Origin: Dehalococcoidia bacterium
GTDB taxonomy: Bacteria > Chloroflexota > Dehalococcoidia > Lucifugimonadales > JAGWBF01
Direction: 5' to 3'
Length of the DNA stretch: 64,000 nt
NCBI GenBank assembly: GCA_965247055.1
Contig: CBDFGE010000004.1
Coordinates: 199,895-263,894, forward strand
The translations under genes were made by a program, and so were the position numbers. This document shows, one piece after another, positions 8,267-16,670 of this stretch. A model generated the notes under the pieces. The model made no database searches. It was not told the origin of the DNA and saw only the letters and a program-made list of their open reading frames with translations. Every line of letters starts with the position of its first letter. Within the stretch, counting starts at the first letter, position 1.

Positions 8267-9062
8267 GCACGTAGGAAGCCAGGTAGCCTGGCCTGTATTC
8301 CCCGTCCTCCCAGCCGTCGTCCTCCTCGTCCCAGACGTAGGGTAAGCTGACTATCGTGCCCGGCGTGGTGATGCTCTCCAGGGCGCGGAAGGCGCCGCGC
8401 ACGATGCTACGCTGTAGCTCCGTCTGGTGGGGCTTTCCCGTCTGGTGCCCCAGGGGGAAATTGACGAATACGGACCGGGGCGGCTTGACCGCCCTGGTGA
8501 CGTCCAGGGCGGAGGTCATGGATATTGTGGAGATGCCGGCGCTTTCAGCGGCACGGGCGATCAGTCCCACGGACTGGTGGCACACCGGTCAGACGGGCAC
8601 CAGGTACAGTACGTCAACCCTCTGTTGGGTGAGCCGCTCAATCAGGCGGGGGGCCAGCTCCTCCCGTACCCTCCGGGCGGAATATATACCCCCCATGGCG
8701 CTGTAGGCCGGATCGGCGAACTCGCCGATTACGCCCTCCGCCTCCAGCTCGCGCATGCGCTCGATGGGGAAGACGCAGTTGGGGTCGGACGTCGCGTCCT
8801 CGGTGCGGTAGCCGAAGTGGGCTACCCGCAGCTCCTCGACGGGCACGTCCCTGGGTATCTCCTGGTGGGAGGTGTCGTCCCTGGTGTGGAAGGGAGGCTG
8901 GTCCTTATGGTGGACTCCACCCGTGCTGACGAGGGCAACCCTACACCGGTCCAGGGGTTTGGCAAGGGGTGTCCAGGGCACGTCCTCGTTCACCACCCAG
9001 CGGTAGGGGGGATAGTCCGCGTATAGCTCGCGGGTGCGGGGAATGTAGTCTATGGGTGCCAT
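8262..9062 (-). CDS. GrdB-family (glycine/sarcosine/betaine reductase selenoprotein B-like) protein with in-frame UGA, candidate selenocysteine
   Basis: Track ORFs 8589-9116 and 8262-8585 are in the same frame, separated only by TGA (8591-8589) and CCG. The read-through reads ...RVDVLYLVPV-U-PVCHQSVGLIARAAESAGISTISMT... The likely start is ATG 9062 (MAPIDYIPRTRELY) with AGGAGAGG upstream. Confidence 0.7.
8589..8591 (-). other. In-frame UGA, candidate Sec recoding site (U-x-x-C context)
   Basis: The mRNA reads UGA CCG GUG UGC CAC CAG UCC GUG GGA CUG ... Possible stems lie directly downstream: CCAC/GUGG, and CCGGUG pairing with CGCCGG about 45 nt on. The SECIS was not evaluated computationally. 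Confidence 0.6.
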
Positions 9063-9105
9063 ACTGTCCTCTCCTGTTCCCTTCGGTCCGCGATCTCTAG
9101 CGCCA

Positions 9106-10611
9106 TCAGCCTCCACCGTTAGCGGGCGAGCTCTCGACCCGGACCTCTCCGACCATCAGGGGAGACACTACCTCCCCTGACCCGCCGCCCTTCAGGAATG
9201 ATATCACGACTCCCACCAGCAACAGGCTGCCCATGATCAGGTAGGCCGTGCGTAGCCCCGACGTGAACGCCCTGAATACGTCTGCGCTCGCCCCCTCGGA
9301 GACCGCCTGAAGGCTGGGAGGATGGCCCATGGAGGCCATGGTGGCGGTTACAATGGCCGTGGCCACGGCGATGCTGGTGACGGTGGCCGAGTTTCGTATG
9401 AGCTGGGTAAGCGCCGACACGACGCCGTACTTGCTCTGGTCCACCACGCTGAGGATGGAGCTTGTGTTGGGCGAGTTGAACATCCCCAGTCCGCTGCTTT
9501 GCAGTAGCATCCCTGCCATGACCAGTCCCAGGGGAGAGGTCTCGGTAATCCTGGACAGGAGTAAGATGCCGGTGGCGGACAGGCATAGCCCGCCCACGTT
9601 TAGCTTCCTCCATCCGTACCGGTCGGACAGGCGCCCGCTCAGAGGGCCCATGATGATCATGGCGAGGGCATTGGGGACCATGATCAGCCCAACCGTGGCC
9701 GGCCCGTAGCCGAGGACCGATTGTAGATAGAGGGGCATCATGAACAGAATCGAGGAGGTGCCGAGAAAGGAGATGAACCCCGCGGATACCCCGAAGGCGA
9801 AGACACGCCTTTTGAACAGCCTGAGGTCCAGCATGGGGTCGCTGGTGCGCAGCTCCCACCAGATGAAGGCGCCGAGGAACCCCGGGAAGCCGATCGCGGC
9901 GAACGCCATGGAGGGCGACGTCCAGCCGATGCGAGGTCCGATGGTCAGGCCAACCAGAAGGGTGGTGAGCGCTCCGGCGGATAGTGCAGCACCCAGGCCG
10001 TCGAAGGTAGGCCGCGGGCCGTCCTGCTGGACCCGGTCCTTGCTAAGGACCAGCAGTGCGGCTGCGATGGTAAGTATGCTCGCGGGGAGGTTGACGAAGA
10101 AGACCCACCGCCAGCCCAGGGTGCTCACAAGAAGCCCGCCCAATGCCGGTCCCGCTATCAGTCCCGCTCCGACCACGCTCATGTGGGTGCCCAGCGCCTT
10201 CCCACGCTCTCTCGCGGGGAAGATGGAGGCGATCATGGCCATGCCGGTGGCCTGGGTCATGGCGGCCCCGCATCCCATCAGCACCCTGGCGAGGATGAGG
10301 GCAACCACGTGGGTCGAGAAGCCCGCCAGAATCGCGGCCAGCATGAAGACGACGAATCCCGTAACATATATCCGTTTGCGGCCGACGAGGTCAGAAAGAC
10401 GGCCTATGGGCAGGATCAGGGCACTTATGGTTAGTCCGTAGCCCACGACAATCCACTGGAGGGTCGGCAGCTCGGTGTGGAAGTGGTCGGCGATGGTGGG
10501 CAGCGCCACGATGACCGTGCCGTGGTCAACGACGGATGTGAAAGTGCCGGCGGAGACCGCCAGGAAGGCCCACCACTTGTAGTTGGTGTTCCGGAGCAGG
10601 GTTGAGCTCAA
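9106..10611 (-). CDS. MFS transporter, DHA2 (EmrB/QacA-like, 14-TMS) family
   Basis: 501 aa, about 14 hydrophobic segments, with the GRLSDLVGRKRIY motif between TM2 and TM3. Confidence 0.85.
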   Translation of the reverse strand: MSSTLLRNTNYKWWAFLAVSAGTFTSVVDHGTVIVALPTIADHFHTELPTLQWIVVGYGLTISALILPIGRLSDLVGRKRIYVTGFVVFMLAAILAGFSTHVVALILARVLMGCGAAMTQATGMAMIASIFPARERGKALGTHMSVVGAGLIAGPALGGLLVSTLGWRWVFFVNLPASILTIAAALLVLSKDRVQQDGPRPTFDGLGAALSAGALTTLLVGLTIGPRIGWTSPSMAFAAIGFPGFLGAFIWWELRTSDPMLDLRLFKRRVFAFGVSAGFISFLGTSSILFMMPLYLQSVLGYGPATVGLIMVPNALAMIIMGPLSGRLSDRYGWRKLNVGGLCLSATGILLLSRITETSPLGLVMAGMLLQSSGLGMFNSPNTSSILSVVDQSKYGVVSALTQLIRNSATVTSIAVATAIVTATMASMGHPPSLQAVSEGASADVFRAFTSGLRTAYLIMGSLLLVGVVISFLKGGGSGEVVSPLMVGEVRVESSPANGGG

Positions 10612-10701
10612 GAGGGATCCGTTGCCTCCACTTAATCTCTATGGTCAGGCGTCGACCAGGTGCTCGGAGGAGGCAGAGATGGCGCCGATGTCAGCAGGGG
10701 C

Positions 10702-11865
10702 CTACCTGCGCTGGGCCCATGTCTGTTGCGCCGTTTCTAAGGCGTGATTCCTCTTGGCGTTGAAGTCGGGAATGTGGTCGCTCGACCACTGGTTGGACGC
10801 GTTGAGGCCGGCCAGAGAGCCCTGAAACTGGGGCATCACGTAGCGCGCCAGCAGCTCATAGCTGTGGAGCACCTTCTCCCGGGTCGCCCACTCGGTGCTC
10901 TGGACCAGCAGACCGCCGAAGCCGCCACTCTTCTCGTCCAGGCGCTTGATGCCTTCGATACAGTCGTCGGGAGTGCCTACGAGCCAGAGGCCCATGTCCG
11001 CCATGTGCTCGATTACCTTTTCGATGGGACCGTCGATATCCGACTTGCGCCCCAGGGTCCCTTCGTAATATTCTCGCTGGAAACGCCCCGCGCCCAGGGC
11101 CGCGTCCCGGATGGCTTCCTTGCGGGTCTCTGCCAGGAACATGGGTACCACCAGCCTCCACTCGTCTCGCCGCATGGTCTTTCCGTGCTCCGCCGCCGAC
11201 TCCTGGGCGATGGCCCAGAGCTGCTGGAGGTTGGCCGCGCCGGGTGTCTCCCTGGGGATGCTGATCGTCAGAATGGCGGCCCCGTGCTTGCCTGCCAGCG
11301 CCACGCCCGCCGGCGACTGCACGGCGGCCACTGCAATGGGCATGTGGGGCCTCTGGTAGGGCCGGAGATGGATCGTCGCCTCGTGCAGCTCGAACCAGTC
11401 GCTCTTGTGGGTGATCGGCTCCGTCTCGGTAAACAGGCGAAGGATGATCCCCAGGGACTCATCCATCTTCTCCCGCTGGGTTGTGGGGTCGATGCCCAGC
11501 ATGACCGCGTCCGAGACCAGGGCACCAGGACCCACACCCAGCATCACCCGGCCTCTGGTCATGTGGTCCAACTGCACCATCCGGTTGGCTACCATGAGGG
11601 GGTGGTGATAGGGCAGGCTTATCACCCCCGTACCCAGCTTGATGTGGCGTGTGCGCTCTGCCGCGAAGGCGATGAATATCTCGGGGGAGGCGATGGTCTC
11701 CCATCCGGCGCTGTGGTGCTCCCCGATCCAGGCCTCGTCGTACCCCAGGGCGTCCAGCCGCTGGACCAACTCGAGGTCTCTCTCCAGGGCAAGGGTTGGG
11801 TTCTCGCCGAGCCGGTGGAAGGGGGCCAGGAAGATTCCGAACTTCATGCGCTCGGGAAGGGTCAT
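10702..11865 (-). CDS. Luciferase-like (LLM class) flavin-dependent monooxygenase
   Basis: 387 aa. Motifs seen: MKFGIFLAPFH, GYDEAWIGEHHS, LGTGVISLPYHHP, GRVMLGVGPGA. Confidence 0.85.
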   Translation of the reverse strand: MTLPERMKFGIFLAPFHRLGENPTLALERDLELVQRLDALGYDEAWIGEHHSAGWETIASPEIFIAFAAERTRHIKLGTGVISLPYHHPLMVANRMVQLDHMTRGRVMLGVGPGALVSDAVMLGIDPTTQREKMDESLGIILRLFTETEPITHKSDWFELHEATIHLRPYQRPHMPIAVAAVQSPAGVALAGKHGAAILTISIPRETPGAANLQQLWAIAQESAAEHGKTMRRDEWRLVVPMFLAETRKEAIRDAALGAGRFQREYYEGTLGRKSDIDGPIEKVIEHMADMGLWLVGTPDDCIEGIKRLDEKSGGFGGLLVQSTEWATREKVLHSYELLARYVMPQFQGSLAGLNASNQWSSDHIPDFNAKRNHALETAQQTWAQRR

Positions 11866-11944
11866 TCTCGCTACTCTCCTCTCGGGGACCGCTCAAGCGG
11901 CAGCGTGGTACGTTGGGGACAAGGGAGGGAACTACACGCCCACA

Positions 11945-11974
11945 ATTATAATACCGCCGCGGTGCTACGAGCAA
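11945..11974 (-). promoter_or_regulatory. Candidate promoter of the LLM gene (TTGCTC - 18 nt - TATAAT on the minus strand)
   Basis: The minus-strand -35 TTGCTC lies at 11974-11969 and the -10 TATAAT at 11950-11945. This is a conspicuous AT-rich island about 80 nt upstream of ATG 11865. Confidence 0.35.
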
Positions 11975-12109
11975 CCGGTGAGAAGCTGGCGCGCCGGAGC
12001 TATAGGGGTAATGCGGGCGCTGGGGCCCCTGGGAGAGGTGCCGCGGGCGGCCGGATATTGGGTGAGTGCGGAGGCTATAGCGGTCCAGTCTGTCGGGTCG
12101 AGCCTGTGT

Positions 12110-13000
12110 TTAGCTGGGGGACCAGTTTATCTGGATCCTGTCGGGTGCGATGGGTACCATTGCGGTGTGGGAGATCTGCCTCTTCAGGTCTTCCACTACC
12201 AGTACGTTGTTGCCCAGCTCCAGTACCAGCTCGAAGGCGCCCCCACCATCTATCGGCCGTGCGTCGACCACCGAGCCCGCGCCGGCCATCCTGTCGACTA
12301 CTTCCCAATACACCCCCAGGCGCTCCGCGTCGGGACAGGGTGTGAAGACCAGGGAGAGGCGACCCGAGTAGGTGGCGGGTAGCGGAGCCGACGAAGGATC
12401 GGATGGGAGGGTGGCCTCCTCAGTCGCGAACCAGTCAACGGGCGAGCCGCCGACCTGGGGCTCCGGGCCCACAGCTTCCCCGGATGGTGCTCGAGACGGA
12501 GGGGCAAGGGGCGGGTCTGTCTGTGGAGGCACCGGAGGCGACTCGGTGTTGGTCCACTCGATAAGGGGTAAGCCGCTCTCTGGGGCTGGAGGTTGAGGGC
12601 TACCCTGGGGCCACGAGCCCTCCCGGGACGTTCCCGTCGAAGGGGTAGTGGGTGGTGGAGCAGGAGGGGTGGGAGGGGCCTCCATGTTGGACCACTCGAT
12701 CAAGGGAGAGCCGTTTTCCGGGACTGGAGGCTGGGGCCATGGGGCATCCAGGAACGTTCCCGGCGACGGATTAGCGGGTGGTGGGGTCGTCTGTGCAGGC
12801 GTCGTGGGGGTCTCCATATTGGTCCGCCCGACCATGGGAGAGCGGTCCTCCGGGGCTGGAGGTTGGGAGTCGGGCTGCGGCCATGAGTAATCGCAGGACG
12901 GTCCCAGGGGCTGAGTTGGGTCGCCCGTGCCCCGTGCCGGGTCCTTCGTGACCCGCATGCGCTCCAGCGAGTGGCGAAGCTCCGACAGCTCCCTCTTCAA
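12110..13000 (-). CDS. Hypothetical proline-rich repeat protein with a small globular C-terminal domain
   Basis: 296 aa. The start overlaps the stop of the upstream ORF by 4 nt. Three to four repeats have the core SP(L/M)(I/V)(E/G)(W/R)(S/T)N(M/T)E flanked by PQPPAPE. The C-terminal ~90 aa (LSLVFTPCPDAERLGVYWEVVDR...) are non-repetitive. I recognise no family. Confidence 0.6.
   Translation of the reverse strand: MKRELSELRHSLERMRVTKDPARGTGDPTQPLGPSCDYSWPQPDSQPPAPEDRSPMVGRTNMETPTTPAQTTPPPANPSPGTFLDAPWPQPPVPENGSPLIEWSNMEAPPTPPAPPPTTPSTGTSREGSWPQGSPQPPAPESGLPLIEWTNTESPPVPPQTDPPLAPPSRAPSGEAVGPEPQVGGSPVDWFATEEATLPSDPSSAPLPATYSGRLSLVFTPCPDAERLGVYWEVVDRMAGAGSVVDARPIDGGGAFELVLELGNNVLVVEDLKRQISHTAMVPIAPDRIQINWSPS
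12400..12880 (-). repeat. Coding tandem repeats (~45-50 aa units, 3-4 copies) inside the proline-rich protein
   Basis: Units: WPQPDSQPPAPEDRSPMVGRTNMETPTTP / WPQPPVPENGSPLIEWSNMEAPPTPP / WPQGSPQPPAPESGLPLIEWTNTESPPVPP / ...GGSPVDWFATEEATLP. Coordinates are approximate. Confidence 0.6.
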
Positions 13001-13734
13001 TGTGGAGCGGGCCGATCGGACGGGTCGCTAGAGGCGTCGCCACTCCCTGGCGCCCCTGGCGAGGTACCGCCGTCACTGACGCCCCCCGGGGGCTTGCGGC
13101 GGTAGCTCTCCGGTCCGCGTATAGGACCGGTTGCCAGCTTGTCCCACTCCTCCGAGAAGCTGGGTGCCCTCTGGAACCCCATGTAGGCCACACCCTTTAC
13201 TACCTCCGAGGACCTCTCTACCAGACTCTGCGCCCTGCCCTTGCGCCCGTTGGGAGATTTCCCACTTTGCTCCGGGACTTCCAGGCTGGGGTTCTCCGCG
13301 GCGTCTTGGGGCTCGTGTTTGCCAGCCGGGGGGTGCCCGTTGGATGTGGGAGCGGGAGGAGCCTGCGTCTGGGCCTGGACGTCGAAGCCGTCTATCGGCA
13401 TCTCGTCGTCCCCGACAGAGTCGGTCGCCTCCCAAGACTCGGGCGGCCCCAGGACGCCATCGTCCTCGGGAGTCACTTCGTCCTCTTCAGCAACGTCCGG
13501 CGACCGCGCTAGGTCGAGTAGCTCCTGGACTTCTCTGCCGTCGAGGAACAGCTCCCTAAGTACGGCCCGGGCCCTCGCCAGCTCCTTTTGGGCGGACTCC
13601 ATCAGAGAGTCGGTCACACTCGAAAGATTGTTAGCTTCGTCCAGCTCCCGCTCTACCCACGCCGTGGCCGTGGACACGGGCGTTGAGGGTCTTGAGAAGC
13701 TCCGCCGAGACCCGTATCCTCGCCCTGTCGGCAT
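12997..13734 (-). CDS. Hypothetical acidic/coiled-coil protein (start uncertain; may be the 3' part of the upstream ORF)
   Basis: 245-aa track ORF. Its first 104 nt overlap ORF 13631-14383 in another frame. An alternative ATG lies at 13602. The helical segment is WVERELDEANNLSSVTDSLMESAQKELARARAVLREL, and the rest is low complexity. Confidence 0.45.
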   Translation of the reverse strand: MPTGRGYGSRRSFSRPSTPVSTATAWVERELDEANNLSSVTDSLMESAQKELARARAVLRELFLDGREVQELLDLARSPDVAEEDEVTPEDDGVLGPPESWEATDSVGDDEMPIDGFDVQAQTQAPPAPTSNGHPPAGKHEPQDAAENPSLEVPEQSGKSPNGRKGRAQSLVERSSEVVKGVAYMGFQRAPSFSEEWDKLATGPIRGPESYRRKPPGGVSDGGTSPGAPGSGDASSDPSDRPAPH

Positions 13735-14383
13735 CTACTGACGCCTCCCTTTGGGCGGCCTGTTGGAGGATGGCCTCGGACTTCCTTGTCTCGTCTAGCT
13801 CCCTTACGATGGCGTCCCTGGCGGAGAAGTCCCGCGGATTGGCCGCGATCAGGATGTCCAGGGCCCTCCGGGCCCAGTCCCTTACCCGTTGGGCCTCGTT
13901 CTGGACCGCCTCCCACTGTTCGAGGACCTCCTGGGTCTCGGTCCTGACCCTGGTGGCCTCGGCCCGGCTCGCAAGGAGGGCTTCGAGCCCGGCCTGAGCT
14001 TCGGCGATCCGACCCTCGAGGGTAACCCGTTGCCCGTAGGAGTTTGACCCTTCTGGCGCATCACCCCACAGGCTCTCCGGGCGCTCCGTCGTCCCTTCGC
14101 TGCCGTGGCCGTTGGACTCTCGAGCAGGCTCCGGGATGCCGGAGGGACCCGGCCAGGGAAGCGAGCGGCCACGCAGGTGGTCTGGCATGTCCCCGTCTCC
14201 CGGCGGTCCCTTTGCCGATGGTGTGTGGCCGTTCCCATTGGCCGCCGGGGACGAATGGCCGTTCCCATTGGCCGCCGAGGGCTCTACGGGCCTCAGACCT
14301 TCCCTAAGCTCGTCCGGCGCCGGGGAAAGCCCTCGTCCCTCAATGTCCTTAGGCGCTCGCTCTCTTTTTGGGAGTATTCTCAT
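13631..14383 (-). CDS. Hypothetical coiled-coil protein with a disordered N-terminus
   Basis: 250 aa. A tandem AANGNGH(S/T)(S/P) duplication (a 2 x 30-bp DNA repeat) lies at about 14224-14280. The C-terminal half is a long helical heptad-like segment (EGRIAEAQAGLEALLASRAEATRVRTETQEVLEQWEAVQNEAQR...). Confidence 0.5.
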   Translation of the reverse strand: MRILPKRERAPKDIEGRGLSPAPDELREGLRPVEPSAANGNGHSSPAANGNGHTPSAKGPPGDGDMPDHLRGRSLPWPGPSGIPEPARESNGHGSEGTTERPESLWGDAPEGSNSYGQRVTLEGRIAEAQAGLEALLASRAEATRVRTETQEVLEQWEAVQNEAQRVRDWARRALDILIAANPRDFSARDAIVRELDETRKSEAILQQAAQREASVDADRARIRVSAELLKTLNARVHGHGVGRAGAGRS

Positions 14384-14495
14384 GTATCTGCTCTACCGTC
14401 CCCGGAGATTCAATCTCCGGAAGAAGAAGGGTCCTTTTCGCCGTGCCACAATTTAAGCCGGATGCCCTGGCGCAGGCGAGGTCCCGCCACGGCCG

Positions 14496-15413
14496 TTAGG
14501 ATGTGGACCGGGATGAGCCCTTCCCGTTTTTCGAGCTCCTGCGACCGGTGTCGCTCACCTGTTCCGCTGAGGCGCCGTCTCGGTCGTTGACGTCGGCCGC
14601 CATTTCCATTGGCTCTTCCACATGTTCCGGGTCGTGGTGCTCTCCGACGCCCATGGTCTCCCACTGGGTGATGGTGGACTCCATCGGAAAATCGTGCTGG
14701 GAGGAGCCGTTGCCATCGCCCAAGGCCCTGTCCGCGTTGGCCGTGACCTGGGAATGGACGTCCTGGGACATCGCCCTGATGGTGGCCGCCTCGGCGTATA
14801 TCCTCTGGGCCTCCAGCTCTTCCTGGGCGGCTTCGCGAATCGTGTCGATCTCGGAGAGGATGCACTCGACTTCGTATGTCACGTGGCGTTTCAGCTCTTC
14901 GCATTCCTGCAACGCGGCGGAGCGGGCTTCCTCCCGTATCCGCTGCGACTCCTCGTGGGCCTCGGCCATCACCTTGTCCCGGTAGCTCTCGGCCTCGGAG
15001 CGGACCATCTCGTTGTATTTGTCGGCCTCGGAGCGTGCCATGTCCCGATACGTGTCGGCCTCGGAGCGGACCATGTCGTGGTAGCTATCGGCCTCGGCCC
15101 GGGCCATCTGGGCTTGCATCGTCTCCCTCTCGGCCCCGGTTAGACGCTCCCGTGCCTCGCCCTCCGTCTGCTTCGCCCAGCTTGCCTGGCGCTCCGCTTC
15201 AGTTATGAGGTCCCTGCACGCCTGCCGGGTGGCCTCCAGAGCGTCCTTGGCAATCCGCTGGCGCTCTACCTCCGCCTTGGACCTGTTCTCCCTGGCCGCG
15301 GACAGATCGCTACGGCTTGAGCTTCGCTGGTTCAGGGCCTGCCTCCAAAGGGTCTCCACCCGATCGCGGGATACCTCCATATTTTGGTCCCTGTTTTGCC
15401 CGGGGTTCATCAC
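14496..15413 (-). CDS. Hypothetical coiled-coil protein with 11-residue repeats
   Basis: 305 aa, rich in E/A/R. It carries four to five tandem 11-mers, RSEAD(T/K/S)Y(R/N)(D/E)M(V/A). I recognise no enzymatic motif. Confidence 0.55.
   Translation of the reverse strand: MMNPGQNRDQNMEVSRDRVETLWRQALNQRSSSRSDLSAARENRSKAEVERQRIAKDALEATRQACRDLITEAERQASWAKQTEGEARERLTGAERETMQAQMARAEADSYHDMVRSEADTYRDMARSEADKYNEMVRSEAESYRDKVMAEAHEESQRIREEARSAALQECEELKRHVTYEVECILSEIDTIREAAQEELEAQRIYAEAATIRAMSQDVHSQVTANADRALGDGNGSSQHDFPMESTITQWETMGVGEHHDPEHVEEPMEMAADVNDRDGASAEQVSDTGRRSSKNGKGSSRSTS
14964..15104 (-). repeat. 33-bp coding tandem repeat (4-5 units)
   Basis: The plus strand shows the recurring unit ...tcggcctcggagcg(g/t)(a/g)ccatgtc... 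The encoded units are ARAEADSYHDMV / RSEADTYRDMA / RSEADKYNEMV / RSEAESYRDKV. Confidence 0.7.
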
Positions 15414-15784
15414 AAGTGTACCTCCTCACTTTGCCGGACTCGACTGCATCCACTCCAGCGTGCACGGGACGGGCCTCCAGGAGCCAGCGTCATTGGGGCC
15501 GGCATACTAACCCCTGGGCCTGTCCTGTGACCGGAACCTGGGGTACCGCCCCACCCTTGTGGGACTCCCAGGAGAAGCGGAATCACATGCGTATATCCTA
15601 AGGCCGGCCTGGATACATGGCCTACGGTGTCAACACCCATTGTCCGGGGGGGACTACCCCTGAGATGGGGCAGGCGTATCGCATTGTCTTTTTGGGGGGG
15701 CGTATCTATAATAGCCGAAGGATTTCCCCCGGGGCCCTCGAGTCCTGTTGGATGAGCCCTACGGCGCAAGGGAGAAGAGAGGAG

Positions 15785-16456
15785 ATGGAAGGACGTTATC
15801 CGCATGGACTGGTGTTGGCGATAAGCAACTGTAGCGACCCTTCTAGAGAGAAGGAGTTCAACTACTGGTACAACCATGTGCACGTGCCCGATGTTACGGG
15901 CCTGGCCCCCCTGTCCAGCTGCATCCGCTTTGTCAACACCGACGAGCGGTCCACGGCTGGCAAGTACGTTACCACCTACGAGATACACCGGGAGGACCTG
16001 TCCGGTGTCCTGGCGGCGATCGAGCCCACCTCTGCCAGGCTCCGAGAGATGGGCAGGCAGTGCGACCTTCAGCAGATGGTGGTCAGGGCCACCTTCAAGA
16101 GATTGGGTGGCGAGTTCCGTGCCGCCACGAGACCCGTGCGGGGCATACTGGCGGTCATGCACAACTGCGACGACCCGGCGACCGAGGCTGAGTACAACCG
16201 ATGGTATACCGACATCCACATCCCAGACGTGCTGGATACTGGGCTCTACCACACGGCGTACCGGTACGAATGCCTGGAGCCCGAGGCATCTCCGGGGAAG
16301 TACCTGACTATATACGAGACCGACCAGGGCGACCCGGGCAAGGCCGGAGACGAGCTCATGAAGCTGAGGGCCGATTGGGAGCGACGGGGCAGGCTGTTTG
16401 AAGGCTACCAGCGGGTCTTCCGGATAACCGCCCGCCGGGTATGGCCGGTTGACTAA
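15785..16456 (+). CDS. Tandem-duplicated small alpha+beta domain protein (EthD/DUF4286-like, tentative)
   Basis: The track ORF starts at 15617, but ATG 15785 follows GGGAGAAGAGAGGAG. There are two ~105-aa halves sharing (L/I)xxxxNCxDPxxExE(F/Y)NxWYxxxH(V/I)PDV and KY(V/L)T(T/I)YE. Confidence 0.5.
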   Translation: MEGRYPHGLVLAISNCSDPSREKEFNYWYNHVHVPDVTGLAPLSSCIRFVNTDERSTAGKYVTTYEIHREDLSGVLAAIEPTSARLREMGRQCDLQQMVVRATFKRLGGEFRAATRPVRGILAVMHNCDDPATEAEYNRWYTDIHIPDVLDTGLYHTAYRYECLEPEASPGKYLTIYETDQGDPGKAGDELMKLRADWERRGRLFEGYQRVFRITARRVWPVD

Positions 16457-16670
16457 CGGGGAACGAAGGGAACCGCGGCGTGATTGGCCAAGGCAACACC
16501 TGACGGGAGTTATCCTTAACCAAAGGCCGCCTAACTGTCTTGCAGGTAGGCAACCCGTGGGTTATACTTCTCCGCGAGCTTGGCGAGGGCGATTGTACCT
16601 CCGGTGGTTCCCGATGATGCCGATGGCCGGAGTCGACCCGCCGCCAGAGTAACAGGAGCGGAGGTATCCG

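Noticed and set aside
8262-9116. Treating 8589-9116 and 8262-8585 as two separate genes, or as a plain pseudogene.
   Set aside because: They share the same frame, with only TGA plus one codon between them. The second ORF has no SD or ATG (its M is an internal GTG). The UGA sits in a U-x-x-C context of a family known to include selenoproteins. Kept as a Sec candidate, although a nonsense mutation cannot be excluded without SECIS or sel-gene evidence.
14964-15104. A regularly spaced ~33-bp repeat that could be mistaken for a CRISPR array.
   Set aside because: The units are contiguous (no spacers) and lie inside an open reading frame. They translate into an 11-residue protein repeat, and no cas genes are nearby.
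16540-16650. Minus-strand peptide ...GTTGGTIALAKLAEKYNPRVAYLQDS* in the spacer upstream of the radical SAM gene, reminiscent of the asparaginase TGGTIA motif.
   Set aside because: It is only ~30 codons long with no start or SD, and the neighbouring frames are disrupted. It is too short to distinguish a gene remnant from chance.
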